Below, in pieces: positions 1 to 11,894 of a DNA stretch of 64,000 nucleotides; within the stretch, counting starts at the first letter, position 1, and each line of letters starts with the position of its first letter. The position numbers and the translations under genes are program-made. The notes under the pieces are model-generated. The model saw nothing but the letters and a program-made list of their open reading frames with translations. It did no database searches and was not told the origin of the DNA. The DNA is from Amphiscolops sp. MND2022 (lineage: Eukaryota). The stretch lies in assembly GCA_964187785.1 (NCBI GenBank), contig OZ076412.1, positions 17,980,001 through 18,044,000 of the forward strand. The letters run 5' to 3'.

Positions 1-632
1 TAGAGAATTGTAAAATGTTTTTCAAGTATAATTTAGGTACTTGCAACCTGTTGTCAAACCTTATATGAGTTGTCGCGTTTCCCAACAATTGTTGGGTTGT
101 CGTTTGATGTGAGTTGTCGCTATGCCGAACTAAAGACACCATTCCGTTCTAAAAATACTCTTTCATTTGTATATGTCTTCTAATGTGTTGCAAATAATAC
201 CATACTGAAATGAATTAATTGGACCTCTGATTGTAAAAAAATGATTTGGACTCGATTACAGGAGACCGAAAAAATATTTTGGAAAACTGTAAAACTAAAA
301 GTTCAATAAATTTTAACGGTGATTACAAACATTTTTGTTTAAAAATTCTGAGGTCAATATACAAAAACTTAGAACCTATGCGTTTTTCTACTGATTTCGT
401 TTCTAACTCATTTTAGTTTAAATTTCGAAAGCCTTGAGTGTTGAAAAAAAATTCATTAATCTTTCAGACGCTTTTTCAACATAAGTATCCACTGAAATAT
501 TTTCTATTTTAACTTCCAAAGTAACTCGGGTTGGAGCTAATTCAGTTTAAGTCCAAATTATTTTTTACAATCAGGGGTCAATTCATTTATTACATTATGG
601 TAATACATGGAATATTACATACGCGGGGTGCG

Positions 633-677
633 GAAAACTCAACACATGAAAACTCAACACAAGAAAACTCAACACAG
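633..677. repeat. 15-bp tandem repeat x3 (GAAAACTCAACACAN)
   Basis: Units read directly at 633, 648 and 663. Confidence 0.9.
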
Positions 678-842
678 AATAACAAAAAAAGCAACAGACT
701 TTCATGGTAAAAATGAGCGCGATCGATGCTAAAAGTAGAGTGTATTTTGTATATCTGTATACATATATACAAAATACACTCTACTTTTAGTATCGATCGC
801 GCTCATTTTTACCATGAAAGTCTGTTGTTTTTTTTTGTTATT
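678..842. repeat. ~165-bp near-perfect palindrome (foldback/MITE-like)
   Basis: 678-754 is the reverse complement of 765-842 with few mismatches; centre CTGTATACAT. Confidence 0.9.
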
Positions 843-1420
843 TCTCATAATTGCTTATCAATCGGCTAATATTCTCTTATTAACTGATAACTATTTGGAC
901 AAAATCCTTTTTTACCTTTTTTGATGTAGGATTTAATTTGCGGAGATGAGTTTTGATTGATATGAGTTGTCGTCGCTAGCTTTAGTTCAACGTTCTAGAA
1001 AATTTCATATCTTGTATTGATATATTTTCCCGAAGAAATTGTTGTTTTGTTTAGCCTGCAATTTCTATTATGGCAATAAAATCAGAAATTTCGGAATTTT
1101 GTTTCTAAGCCACGAAACTGATGTATTATTATAATCACTGTAACCCAAATTATGACAACACTGAATGTGACAACTAAAATATTAATCGAACTCTGTTGTC
1201 AGACCGCTAAGATGGCATATACAAAAATGCCAACAAGGTGTTATAACTATAGTTTCGAAGTTGCTATCTTAGAAACTATCCGCAATTAAAACAATCAAGT
1301 CAGCTCAAGCATCGATTTTTTTGCAATGACGTTTTGTTTCGATGCAAAAAGCTCTCGAAACGCGTGGGATGAGAAAGCACTGTGAATATTGAATACTAAA
1401 ACTTGCAGCTATTAAGGTGA

Positions 1421-2245
1421 TTAAAATATCCCTATGGAATCCCACGCAAATTTCGAAGATTTTGAACATTCGATTAAGTTTCCAATGACAGTAGAGATTT
1501 GATGGCTAATTAGGAAGATGAAAGAACAATCCGTTAGTGAGAAGTAAGTGAGAATTTGACGAATCGAGTGAGTGTAATTTGACATCATGAAACAATTTTC
1601 AAAGTTCAAAAATTATGTCATGCGTATTCAACAACAAGATAATTGGCTTCTGATTAATTTTTGACACAATAAAGATAATTTTTTCCCGTTACAAATGCCA
1701 AAAGGAACCAAAAAAGGTCAAACTTTGGATGTTTCGACAATATTTTCAGCCATGTAAAACTTTTGCAGGCTTCTGTAGGAAACTGCCTCAAATAGACCGC
1801 GAAAAGTCGGAAAGGTCAAATTTTTGTTAATTTTTGACAATTTAGGTGAATTATTTGAGATTAGAAACATTAAGTAAAACAAAAGCTTCAAAAACCTCCC
1901 AGACGATATAGTTAGGTTCGCAGCACGCTTTTTAGACAGAAATTTGAAGTTTTTATGGTGGAAAATTACCTCAGAATGACCCAAAATGTGCGATAAACTC
2001 AAACTTTTCAAGTTTTTGACATTTCATGCAATTTTATGGATACGTTTTGTGCAAAACGTTTTGCAGTTTATCTTATAGGAAGAAAACATCTGAATGACCC
2101 CAAAAGAAAAAAAGACATTGTTTTCAACTTTGTCAAATTTTCGATAGACTTCGTGGATTAAATTGTTAAAACTGTTCAACAAGGGAAGATATTGTTTTCC
2201 AGAAGGCTTCATAAGTAAAATCCATTGTGTCGCTTTATGAGTCAA
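1421..2245 (-). pseudogene. Degenerate LRR-like coding relic (F-box/LRR style)
   Basis: Track ORFs 2024-2245, 1718-2011 and 1421-1609 share one frame with 4 internal stops. Motifs NLKSLSLSH, LCQKLIRSQLSCC, LNFENCF and LTYFSLTDCSF resemble Cys-containing LRRs. Confidence 0.35.
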
Positions 2246-2660
2246 ATTCTAGATTAAAACATCTGAAATTTCATTCAGATTTGAAACTTTCAATTGACAA
2301 CTTTCCATGTTTTACTTACTTTAACGAACAGTATGGAGACGAGACTGCACACATTGAAAGTCACATCCACGCCTGATAGAATCACGATGAGTTTTTCACT
2401 GAAACAAGAGCCAAAATACTGTAACTCGAAATTCTGTAAATTCAAAATAAAGACATTGAATCCAAAAAACCTTTCGAAAAACATGCAACGCGTATTTCAT
2501 GTGCCTTTACTACACTCAAGTTCGGAAACATCACGGGGTTTCAGTCGACGCTTTAGTTAGAGAACGTAGACTATATATAATAATATAATATTATAATAGT
2601 GGCCACCTGTGTTTTAACACCAGCGAACTGACAGATTTGTATAGTCTGCACTAAGCGGTG

Positions 2661-2671
2661 GGTTCGAATCC
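2661..2671 (+). promoter_or_regulatory. Pol III B-box (GGTTCGAATCC) in a tRNA-derived repeat
   Basis: Exact B-box consensus; no foldable tRNA around it. Confidence 0.5.
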
Positions 2672-4328
2672 TGCGCTAGACGAAAATTGTTTTGCAGAGT
2701 GTTGTAGAGTTGCAGAGTGTCTTTTAACCTTTGGTTATTTTTCGGCAATGACTTTTGAAATTATTTTCATTTGACAAAAAGGCCCTTTGAATTTTTTGAT
2801 TTTTCATGCTCAAGTTGCGTTGCTTAATGTTTTTAAATATGAAAAAGCGTTCTTTAGGTCTCAAAGGGTGCTATGGGGGTATACTTTGGGGGGTATTTTT
2901 CAATACTGTGAGATTGTTTTTTGAAAAAAAATGTCCTTGAGCATATTTAAAAATTTTAATTCCATGGCAGTGCTTTCATTTTTTTCTCCGTTTTTGTGTA
3001 ATATTGTCAGTAGTTTTGCAGCGTTCGATTGAGTCTCTGCAAACGGTTATAATTGTCAAAAATTAGCATGAACCATGGTACCAAAAACGCGGCGGTAACT
3101 TTTTTCAAGTCAAACAATTAAACTTTTACATGAATACATGAGAATTTATACGTTTTTTGACACAGTTTTTAGTAGCTATTTCAAATAGTTTCGAATACTT
3201 ATTACTGCAAATACATTTTCTTACCAGATTTCACAATTTCTGAAGAACAATTTTGTGAGATTTTGTTTAAAAAATGATATTTAGTTATAAAGAGTTATAA
3301 ACCGTTGAAAACATAACTCGATGAAGAATTAATGAAGGATTTGTTTTATAATTATAATTATATTTTATATTATAATTACTTTTCATCGAGTAGTTAAAAA
3401 GTCGAATATCAATAGCAAAATAACGGAGAATAAACCGTTATTGGATAATTAAGCTAAGCGTTCATGCTGAATTAATTGGGTTAACACTCTTGGTTGAATA
3501 TTACATAATAATTTTTGCTAATTGCCAAGATTCCGTCTTCGTGACAGCGGAAGTTGAACGGATGATTTTCTGCTGTGCTAATTCAAAAACAAAGTCTTTT
3601 TATTAGTATCAAAGCGCATATGGAGGAGAATTGTTCTTGAAGAATGATTCATCCATCTTGCAAACATTTTTAAGTGGGAAAAAGGATGCAATTCCTCCTT
3701 CTAAATATAGAGTTTAAAGGGAAAACGACTTCACTAGACACATCTGTCAAGCTATTAGCGCTAAAAGCTGATATAATGAAGCCATTAGAATCAGCAATTA
3801 CAAAGAAGCGAGCCGAAAAGATCAGAAAATAAAAATGAAACAAAATTTTCTCATTTTGCAAATATCACTAACTTACCGAGTCAAGTTTTAACTAATTACT
3901 AACAGAAGTGTCTTTATTAGTTAGTTTCTTCCAGGGGTCTAAGACTTTTGAAGAGGGATTCCCAACAAATTGAAAGAAATATCAGTGGGAAAATTAGCAG
4001 AAATTAACTGACAAAACCATTATAAATTAACCAAGCTTCCCTATCTCAAGTAGTGGTTCGTTCAAAAGTGAGGAGAGTTTGCTCCCCACGATGTGCTCAA
4101 AAACTAGTCATTTATAAATTGTTTTAAAAGTCGAGAAATGATATGTGTGATTAAATAGCAAGTCGGGGATGGCCCAAGTTGACACTACGTCTAAAATACC
4201 GAAAAATGCAATTCGGTGAAAAAATTATAGAAGGATTCGCCATCAGAGTCCAGAAAAAAGCCAAGCAAGGGCATTTTCGGGGCTATTCAGTTGCAAAATG
4301 ACAAAGCTAGTCCAGAAAACGTGGCACT

Positions 4329-4595
4329 TTAGGGATATATGTTGATGTTTGTATGCAGGGAGTTTGATGCTCTGATCGATTTGTTTCCAAATATATTTTC
4401 CAAAATTATCCGATATTCAAAAATGCTGAATCGAAAAAAAGTTTATTATCGAGTTATATGGAATGCGAGGATGAGTCAGCGGTAATTCCTTCATCAATGG
4501 GAAGCAGCTCCAGAAATCTAACGATTCAATGATTTGAACCACTGGAAGGTGATAGAAATCGATGTGATTCCGATCACGTCAAAGCGCGGGCTACT
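4329..4595 (-). pseudogene. Possible fibronectin type III domain relic
   Basis: One frame reads SSPRFDVIGITSISITFQW...EYRIILENIFGNKS, resembling FN3 strands A/B and F/G, with 6 internal stops. Confidence 0.3.
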
Positions 4596-4817
4596 TTTTG
4601 TTTATCGGTTTATCTGTGACAGCTTGTTCTAGCATTGCCATCCACAATCTTAGACTTCTCCACAATTTTTTTCTGTTTTTCCGTGAATTAAGGATGCTCT
4701 TAAGAATTGGCCGATTGTGGCTGTTAAGATCGCTAAAGCTAAGGTTAAAACAATGGTGAGGAAGTTTCTTTTATTCAACTAAAACATACGTGGTTTTCAA
4801 GATACAATGATACTCTA

Positions 4818-5023
4818 CCCGTACTGAGATCCCATCGCAGTTCGTCGATGGCCATCGCAGTCCCATGGGGCCCATCGATGGCCATCAATGGTCCATCGAT
4901 GGGCATCGATGAGGTTTTTCTAACGATGATCCCATCGATGGGCCATCGATCGATGCCCATCGGAAAAAGTTGCGATGGCCATCGATGGGCCATCGATGGG
5001 ATTGAATGGAGTCTCAGTACTGG
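4818..5023. mobile_element. 206-bp MITE with TA TSD and interior array of CCATCGATGG
   Basis: TA|CCCGTACTGAGA...TCTCAGTACTGG|TA (11/12 TIR match); interior has many CATCGATG palindromes. Confidence 0.8.
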
Positions 5024-5200
5024 TATATGTAAACATAAATAGGCCAGCACTGAATTACAGTTTGTTTGTAACTAGGTACTAGACAACTCTCAGACTATGT
5101 TTATGATTGACAGTTTGACCTCTGCATCTCACAGTGCCTTTCACTCCAGATTTCAGGTCATCCATGATCAAGCATGATACCATTGTATACGTGACCTATC

Positions 5201-5675
5201 AGTAGTAAATGTACGTGGCATTGTCGGTGGGGGGGGGGTTGAGTGAGTAATCAAATATGGTCATAAGGCGGACTCCAAATGACGTCATGATTGCGACACA
5301 ATGACATAACCTATTTGATCCTACTAGAAGGAAGAAGGCAAGATCATTAGGATTTGTGCAAAGTACTACTTTATCACCAAGAAAACTAACTTCTTTCAGA
5401 CTCAGTTTTTGCTTGGCTCAATGGAAAAAACCATTCCACTTTTGTTAGGCGGAACTCTTTTTTCCACTTTTTTGTCAACTAATGAAATGTAATGATTGGT
5501 CAATGTTTTCCACTCTTTTTTGTCAATTGATGAAAAGTAATGTTTGGTAAATGTTTTTGCATTCGGTTATGTCATTGTGTCGCAATCATGATGTCATTTG
5601 GAGTCCGCCTTATGACCATATTTGGTTACACACTCAACCCCCCCCCCACCGAGAATGCCACGTACATTTACTACT
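5201..5675. mobile_element. 475-bp MITE with ~111-bp TIRs
   Basis: 5201-5311 is inverted at 5565-5675; internal ~48-bp direct duplication at about 5460-5560. Confidence 0.8.
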
Positions 5676-8410
5676 TCTATCCATGGTTTTCCGTGTAAAC
5701 TACCAATGTCATTTTGTATGTGGTAGCTTTCAAAAAGACAGACGCATGCTTTAGTTGAATAAAAGAAACTTCCTCACCATTGTTTTAACCTTAGCTTTAG
5801 CGATCTTAATACACAATATACTCAGCCAATGTCAGGGGATTCTACATGTTTAAGGGTACAGCTCGAAATTTGATTTTTGTTCTGATTTTTAAACATAAAA
5901 AACTTCCACCTGTCAAAAGTTGACTACTACTGACTTGATACAGAGACAACCATTTGAAGATGACTGAATTATTCTGTTCAATGAAACTCTTTTGTAAGTA
6001 AAATCAAGACTAAAATGAAACTTCGAGCTGACATGTGAATGAACTCACTGCCTTCCCATACATTGGGAATCAGTGTGATGAAAAACGCTGAAACAGTTTA
6101 TTCAGCGTTTTTAAGTTCCAGCGTTTTTCATCCCAGTGATTTCTATTCGTGGTTTATGACATTACCTGTAGGTCCCCATATATGTGTGTTGAGTACCATC
6201 AATGTCATGGTTTTCTATGTACGGTACGTTTCATCAAAATGGTTTCATAATAAAACGTGAATGGAATTGCATGAACAAACTACCTTGGCATCCAGACAGA
6301 AAAATTGATAATCAAGGCAGAAATGTGAATACAGGTTTGTATTTTACCACTCTTAGCCGCCATTAATTGAGGAAGCGATCAATTGAGAAAGCCTTAGTCC
6401 AATTAGAAAGCGGGCTTTAAAAATAATATCACAGTAATTGCTCTTATTCATCAAATTATTGCTATTGCGACCGACATGTTGCTATTTAATACGACAAGGT
6501 AAAATAGCCATGATTTTTTCTACATTTTACATTCGCCCATAACTTGAGAATTGGGCTCGTTTCTGTGTTCCCCCAACCATTGAAATTTTTGGAAAGAAAT
6601 GCAAAGAAGTTTTTCGAACTGGCATAACTAAAATGAAATGTTTTTCCTCAACAGGAAGTTAACTTCGATTGGAATAGTTTTTCGTTTGAACAAAACATTC
6701 TTCACACATTTTGACTGTGAACATGTTCGAAAAAAAAGATGTTGATTTCCTTACCAAGAATGCGTGATTTCATTTTGAAAAATATCGTGAACAAAGTTTA
6801 TATATGGATCCTAAACTGTCACTTCGAATATATTTGAAATTGAAGGTTTATAGTTTGGTTTTTAGTTGTCTTATCTTAATATTGACTAAATTTTCAAAAA
6901 AAATTGGTGGCGGAGACAGAAAAGAACCGAGAATTGGAGCAAACTGATCCGAGGTATATTTTCACTGGAACACAGTTCATTCGCCTGGCTCTTTTATTAA
7001 TCCTGTACAGTATTTTTGTTTGTTAAATTATGAACCATGTGCAAAATAAAAGTTGTATTAAAAAGATGAGTAGAAAATATACTAAGTGACAGATGATCAG
7101 TCAATAACGTAATTAAAAACACATCTTGGAGAAATGGCATTTTGACCGAATGCTTTCGGACCATTATGCGACCAATTTATTTCAAATTAAAATGGAATAT
7201 TCCACAAGCTGACCTTATATCATCCTAGTTTTATACATCATAGTGACTTGGCGACTCTGTAATTGGCCAACCGCTCAACTGGCCGACTGTGCAGTTAGCC
7301 GAGCCGACTGGATATGATTGAATATCAGTGTAAAATTTCTAAACTTTGCTATCTAACTATATCTCACTCCGTCTTAATCTTTATGAAAATCTATTTTCAT
7401 GGTTTTGGATTGACAAACTCCATTCTAGGTGCAATTCTGCTGTTCTGAAAATATATAATCGGTCAATTGTGCAGTCGGCCAATAGCGCCGTCGGACAAAT
7501 GACCTAGCACCGTAGTGATGAACTACTTGCATTTGATGACGTAACTAGACTGAATTTTAACCTTGCAAAACATATCAAATGCATTGTGATTATTATCCAG
7601 GAATTAGCTGTTAAAGGTTGGAATTTAAAAACCTTTTGGACATTTTTCGAGAATAGCAATAAAAAATTGAAAAAAAATTAATTAGTATCATTCTTTGAAT
7701 TAGAACAAAAAACATTGCGAAAGTGGTTGACTGAAGTTTCTAAAGGATGATTTTCCTCAGTGATACTCAATCAAGTTGAGTATTAGAGTATTATGCTTTC
7801 TTGGAAAAGAAAACTAGAAATGCATTATTTGTGAAATTGTCGATTGCAACGGCAGCCGATACATGTGTACTGGTGAAATGTCGTTCGGACCCCAAAATGG
7901 AGACAGATTTCGACTATTTCATAGATTATGAGAGAATGAAATCAATTTGTGAGATTTGCATGTCACCAAGGATGTTTACTATGTACCATAGGCAGACAAA
8001 AAAGCACAAGTGGCGAACTAATACTGCTGAAACCGAATAACAAAAATTTCTGGCTAATCAATATAGCAAACAATTAAACAGTAACATATGCCATTGGCAT
8101 TGAAATGAAAAATGATTGATTGCCCAAGTAATTGAGCGACACCATTGATAACGACGTATTACAATTGTGTCGCGAGCAAAATGCTTCACACCGACCATTT
8201 CAGGTTTTTGTCAACAACTTGATGAAACTCAACAAGATGATACCTCAAAAAATTTGAACTGCAATTTTCCATTGAAATGTTTGAACTGACTAGAATGTAA
8301 CTTGGGAACAGGACTTGGATTATTTCCAACAATAACCCCTTAGCAGGCGCTAAAAAATCCAAAAAAGTTGACTTGACTTTTTCGTTGAGCTCAAAATTAA
8401 ACAAATCTGA

Positions 8411-8960
8411 AACAAGCCGGGAACGGCGCAAGTCGGCGCCATATCTAAGGCTCAAAAAAAGCAAAAGGACTTCAAAGTGTCAAGTATTCTCTTCTACAGT
8501 ACCCGAATGAAGAAAAAAAATTTCCTAATTTTTTTTCGAATTTTTGAGAAGTCTCCGGTAAGTCGCACAGTGCCGAAAAATGTAAAAGGGGAACCATTTG
8601 GGATTTTTTGTGCATCCATTCTGCTGCAGAATTAAAAAAACTGAAGGGGAGACCCTTTGGAGACATTTAAAAAATTTGCGAAAAAAAGTCTCACAAAGCC
8701 AAAATAACATGCACAAAAAAATTGGCCAAGAGCGAGACTCGAACCCACGTCCTTCTGCTTGGCAGACCTCAAAAAATCCTAATTAACCTCTATGCCAAGT
8801 GGCGGTAGAAGTTACAAGTTTAGTCTGGCAGTTAGTGGAAGCAACTGCTCCTCTTATAAAATTTATCACTTCGTTGGTCTTAAAAAGCCAGTGCTTTAGT
8901 CTCCCTTTTCTACGAAAAGCGCCGACTAAAAAGAGGAATCAGGACTAAGAAGTTGGACGA
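8411..8960 (-). mobile_element. Dispersed repeat family copy, putative non-autonomous Helitron-like element
   Basis: The same ~100-bp end recurs at 9575-9665, 26891-26983, 38681-38730 and 43283-43308. It ends in a GCCG..CGGC hairpin followed by TTGT. The inner boundary is uncertain. Confidence 0.55.
8723..8803 (-). ncRNA. tRNA-derived segment (A-box, CTGCCAA loop, B-box, T-run); not a functional tRNA
   Basis: Minus strand has TGGCATAGAGG ... CTGCCAA ... GTGGG-TTCGAGT-CTCGC ... TGGCCAATTTTTTT. The T-arm pairs; the anticodon and acceptor stems do not. Confidence 0.55.
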
Positions 8961-9165
8961 GGGTTCATTCGTATAAAGAGAGAGCATTGGCAGTTGAGAA
9001 CAGCCTTTGATCAGCTTACAAGCCACAGCTATTCAAAGTGTTAAGCTTTCCTCTTCCATTCTCTGACCATTGAACGCTTATCCAAATTATAACTGCAAGC
9101 GACCTTGATCACGAAAATGCAAGATTTTTATCAAGAATTTGTTAAATTTTATCACTGAGGTGTAC

Positions 9166-9425
9166 CTCGAAAATGGCATAAGCTTTCGCTTTTTCCTCAT
9201 TATCCCTGAATAAGTTTGAACTCTCACTTGTCACATGGCAAACTAACTCAGAAGAGGAGTTCGTTTTCATGAATTCACTGTACAAACTGTCAGCAGTCAT
9301 TACACCTGAAAGTGAGTCCATGTAAAGCCGATTTTCCGAAAAAGGGAATTTTTCCTGTGTGATTTTTTTTACTTCACCAAATTTTACCTTTTGATTTTTT
9401 GATATTTTAGATAGAATATTGATAT
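9166..9425 (-). other. Putative isolated exon encoding a cadherin/Ig-like beta domain
   Basis: Open 260-bp segment between CTTTATAG| and GAG|GTACAC. RLYMDSLSGVMTADSLYSE weakly resembles the cadherin F.Id..sG.i.t...lD.E motif. Confidence 0.25.
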
Positions 9426-9479
9426 CTATAAAGCTCAATATGGCCCCGTTAGTATTTAGTTGGCGCTATGAGATTTTTC

Positions 9480-9665
9480 TGAATTTTTCAAGAGAACGCA
9501 ATGATCATCCAACAAAGGGTCCCCATATTTTGCGAAAGGCGCGTCAATCAGGTCCAACTTTTTGGGTTTTTCAGGTACTGTAGAAAAAAATACTTTGCAT
9601 TTTGAAGTCTTTTTGCTATTTTTGAGCCTTAGATATGGCGCCCACTTGGACTGGTCCGGGCTTGT
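9480..9665 (+). mobile_element. Helitron-like family copy (3' end)
   Basis: Inverted homolog of 8411-8510. Confidence 0.55.
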
Positions 9666-10945
9666 TATTCTTAGTAATTACTGTACGAGTGTTTGATACC
9701 GAAATAAAACAAAAAACACAGTATTACTCTTTATACGTAAAAAGCAAATCAAGTTAATCAACATTTTAATATATGTTTTTTTTTGCTGTTTCCTAAGTAA
9801 AATAGCATTAACATACTTTCATATAGTTTTCACACTAACTTTTTATGCGGTAAAAATACGATTTTTACGTATAAAGAGTAAAACAGTGTTTTTTTGTTTT
9901 ATTTCGGTATCAAACACTCGTACAGTTTGATATATCTCTTCAGTTGCTGCCGTTTTTCTACTTAGTATGTCAACTCCGATGTTGACAACTATAGTTCGCT
10001 TTTCATATAAAAAAGGGCAGATATTCCATATGCTATCTCCTTTTTTTCTCCTTATAACGTTACATATTAATCACACTTTACTTCTGCTATATGTTCCGTG
10101 ACTTTCTTGAAACGCTGAGGCGTTAAGGGACATCAAGACTGAAAACGCTATCTGATTTCGGAAATAATTGAGAAAAATGAGAATTGCCTTCAAAAAATTA
10201 ATGTGCGGTTGCATTACCGTGAGAGTTCAAGCGAAGCAACGCAAGTTCTACTGCTAATTGCGGTCTATTTGAATTGTGTGCAGTTGTGCGCCAACAAAGC
10301 CTCCGTGAAAAAGGCCATGAACAAATTATAAATTCACGGATTAATCAGAATACTTTGAGGGAAAGGAGTACGGTGATTATGCACGAATCAAGAGACAGGC
10401 CGTGGCCTATAAAAGGTTTTCTAATCGGAAAATGACACTTCTCATCATTTTCTGCATATCTGCACGGGGAAAAGAAAGTTGAGCATTCTCAATGTTATCA
10501 TGTTCCAGTTTCACAATCAAACAAAGTTCTTCCACGGAATTCAAACAGATCTTTGACCCTTAGTTACCACAGACACTCGCTCGATTTCGTTGACACAGTT
10601 TCGAATTCGAATTAACTTTTACACATTTAATTGACAGAAAAATCACAGGAGCAAAACTTGCTCAAAGTTCGATCAGAAATACAGGATATATATAAATTTA
10701 TATACTCTTTTTATATATACTGAGTCTTTAAAAAACGAGAAAGTATATGGCGAATAAATAGAGGTCACAGCATTCCCCTTTAGAGAATGAACTCATTCCA
10801 CCGACTATACGGTGTACGTGTTTTCAACCTAATCTTGCTATAGTCTGTGATACTTCAGTTGAAAATTAGTTGAAACGCGCAGAACTACAGACCCACAAGA
10901 CCTAAAGTAACACCATTGGTAGTTTCAAGAAATATAGACCGAGAA

Positions 10946-11010
10946 ACCCAAGGTTCACAATCGTGGCTCTGCATGGCTTTTCATCCTTGATGATGACTTT
11001 TTCATGGAAT
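10946..11010 (+). mobile_element. CATG-rich MITE fragment (left end)
   Basis: CCCAAGGTTCACAATCGTGG resembles the reverse complement of the 13270-13290 end; shares CATGGCTTTTCATCC with 13150-13290. Confidence 0.45.
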
Positions 11011-11033
11011 TGCATTCGAATGATGGCTAATTA

Positions 11034-11751
11034 CACCTTTTGTAATTCAAATAGAACATTCTGAACATTCGAATAGAACAATTGGAGATTCAAATTGAAT
11101 ACATAAAAAATCCATGCCTAGCGGAAGTTCAAATAGAACAGCGGATATTCAAATTGAACATCCGTTTTTAATCGTTTCTCTCCTAATTTATTCTACATAG
11201 ATAAGTTTTCAATGCCTCGTCAAGCCTACAACACAATTTCTCGTCTTGATAAAGAAAGACTCAGAGAAGTTTACCGAAATGGAGGTGATTTCTTGAATTT
11301 AGCAACGCAGCTGAATATAAACAGGACAACAACGTACAATATTGTGCGAAGAGAGGTTGTAGAGAAAAAGCCGGGCGGAAAAACTTACAAAAAAGTTGAT
11401 AGTTCTATGCTGGATTTCATTGTCGAAATATTGGAAGAAAATCCCCTTGTCACAGTTTCAAACCTCAATAAAGAGATTCGAAGACGGTATCCAAACAAGC
11501 CAGAAATTTGTGACAAAACTTTATCCAATGCGATTGACGGAGGACATCATGTAAACTTGTGATTTCAGTTGATGTTAAGGACTTATATCAAGTATTTATA
11601 CCCGTTGTTTATATAAATTTTAGTTGTTCAATTTGAATTTCCGCTGTTCTATTTGATCTTCCGCTAGGCATGGATTTTTTATGTGTTCAATTTGAATCTC
11701 CAATTGTTCTATTCGAACGTTCACAATGTTCTATTTGAATTACAAAAGGTG
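11034..11751 (+). mobile_element. Internally deleted Tc1/mariner-IS630-type DNA transposon with 127-bp TIRs and TA TSD
   Basis: TA|CACCTTTTGTAATTC...GAATTACAAAAGGTG|TA. 11034-11160 is inverted at 11625-11751; five TTCRAATWGAAYA motifs per TIR. Confidence 0.9.
11212..11562 (+). CDS. N-terminal HTH DNA-binding part of an IS630/Tc1-type transposase; no DDE domain
   Basis: ATG-initiated 116-aa ORF between the TIRs. LATQLNINRTTTYNIV is HTH-like, followed by the G-G linker and a second HTH-like block (ILEENPLVTVSNL). Confidence 0.75.
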   Translation: MPRQAYNTISRLDKERLREVYRNGGDFLNLATQLNINRTTTYNIVRREVVEKKPGGKTYKKVDSSMLDFIVEILEENPLVTVSNLNKEIRRRYPNKPEICDKTLSNAIDGGHHVNL

Positions 11752-11894
11752 TACTTGTTTTCATTGCATCAATACTAATCAATGGTCATGGCTCTAATGA
11801 GAACACGTGATTCATCCATGAAGATCCATGACAGAAAGATACATGTTTTGCTATCCATGGAAGGTTATAACAAGACGCCCGCGGACCAGCGGGA

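Larger units (their letters stand above)
4724..5809. mobile_element. Foldback-like element defined by 64-bp inverted repeats, containing two nested MITEs
   Basis: 4724-4787 is the near-perfect reverse complement of 5746-5809. Confidence 0.65.

Noticed and set aside
7240-7515. Degenerate inverted repeat (GGCCGACTG core)
   Set aside because: Probably an old MITE, but the termini and TSD could not be defined.
8723-8803. Functional tRNA-Gly(GCC)
   Set aside because: The anticodon and acceptor stems do not pair, and it lies inside a dispersed repeat.
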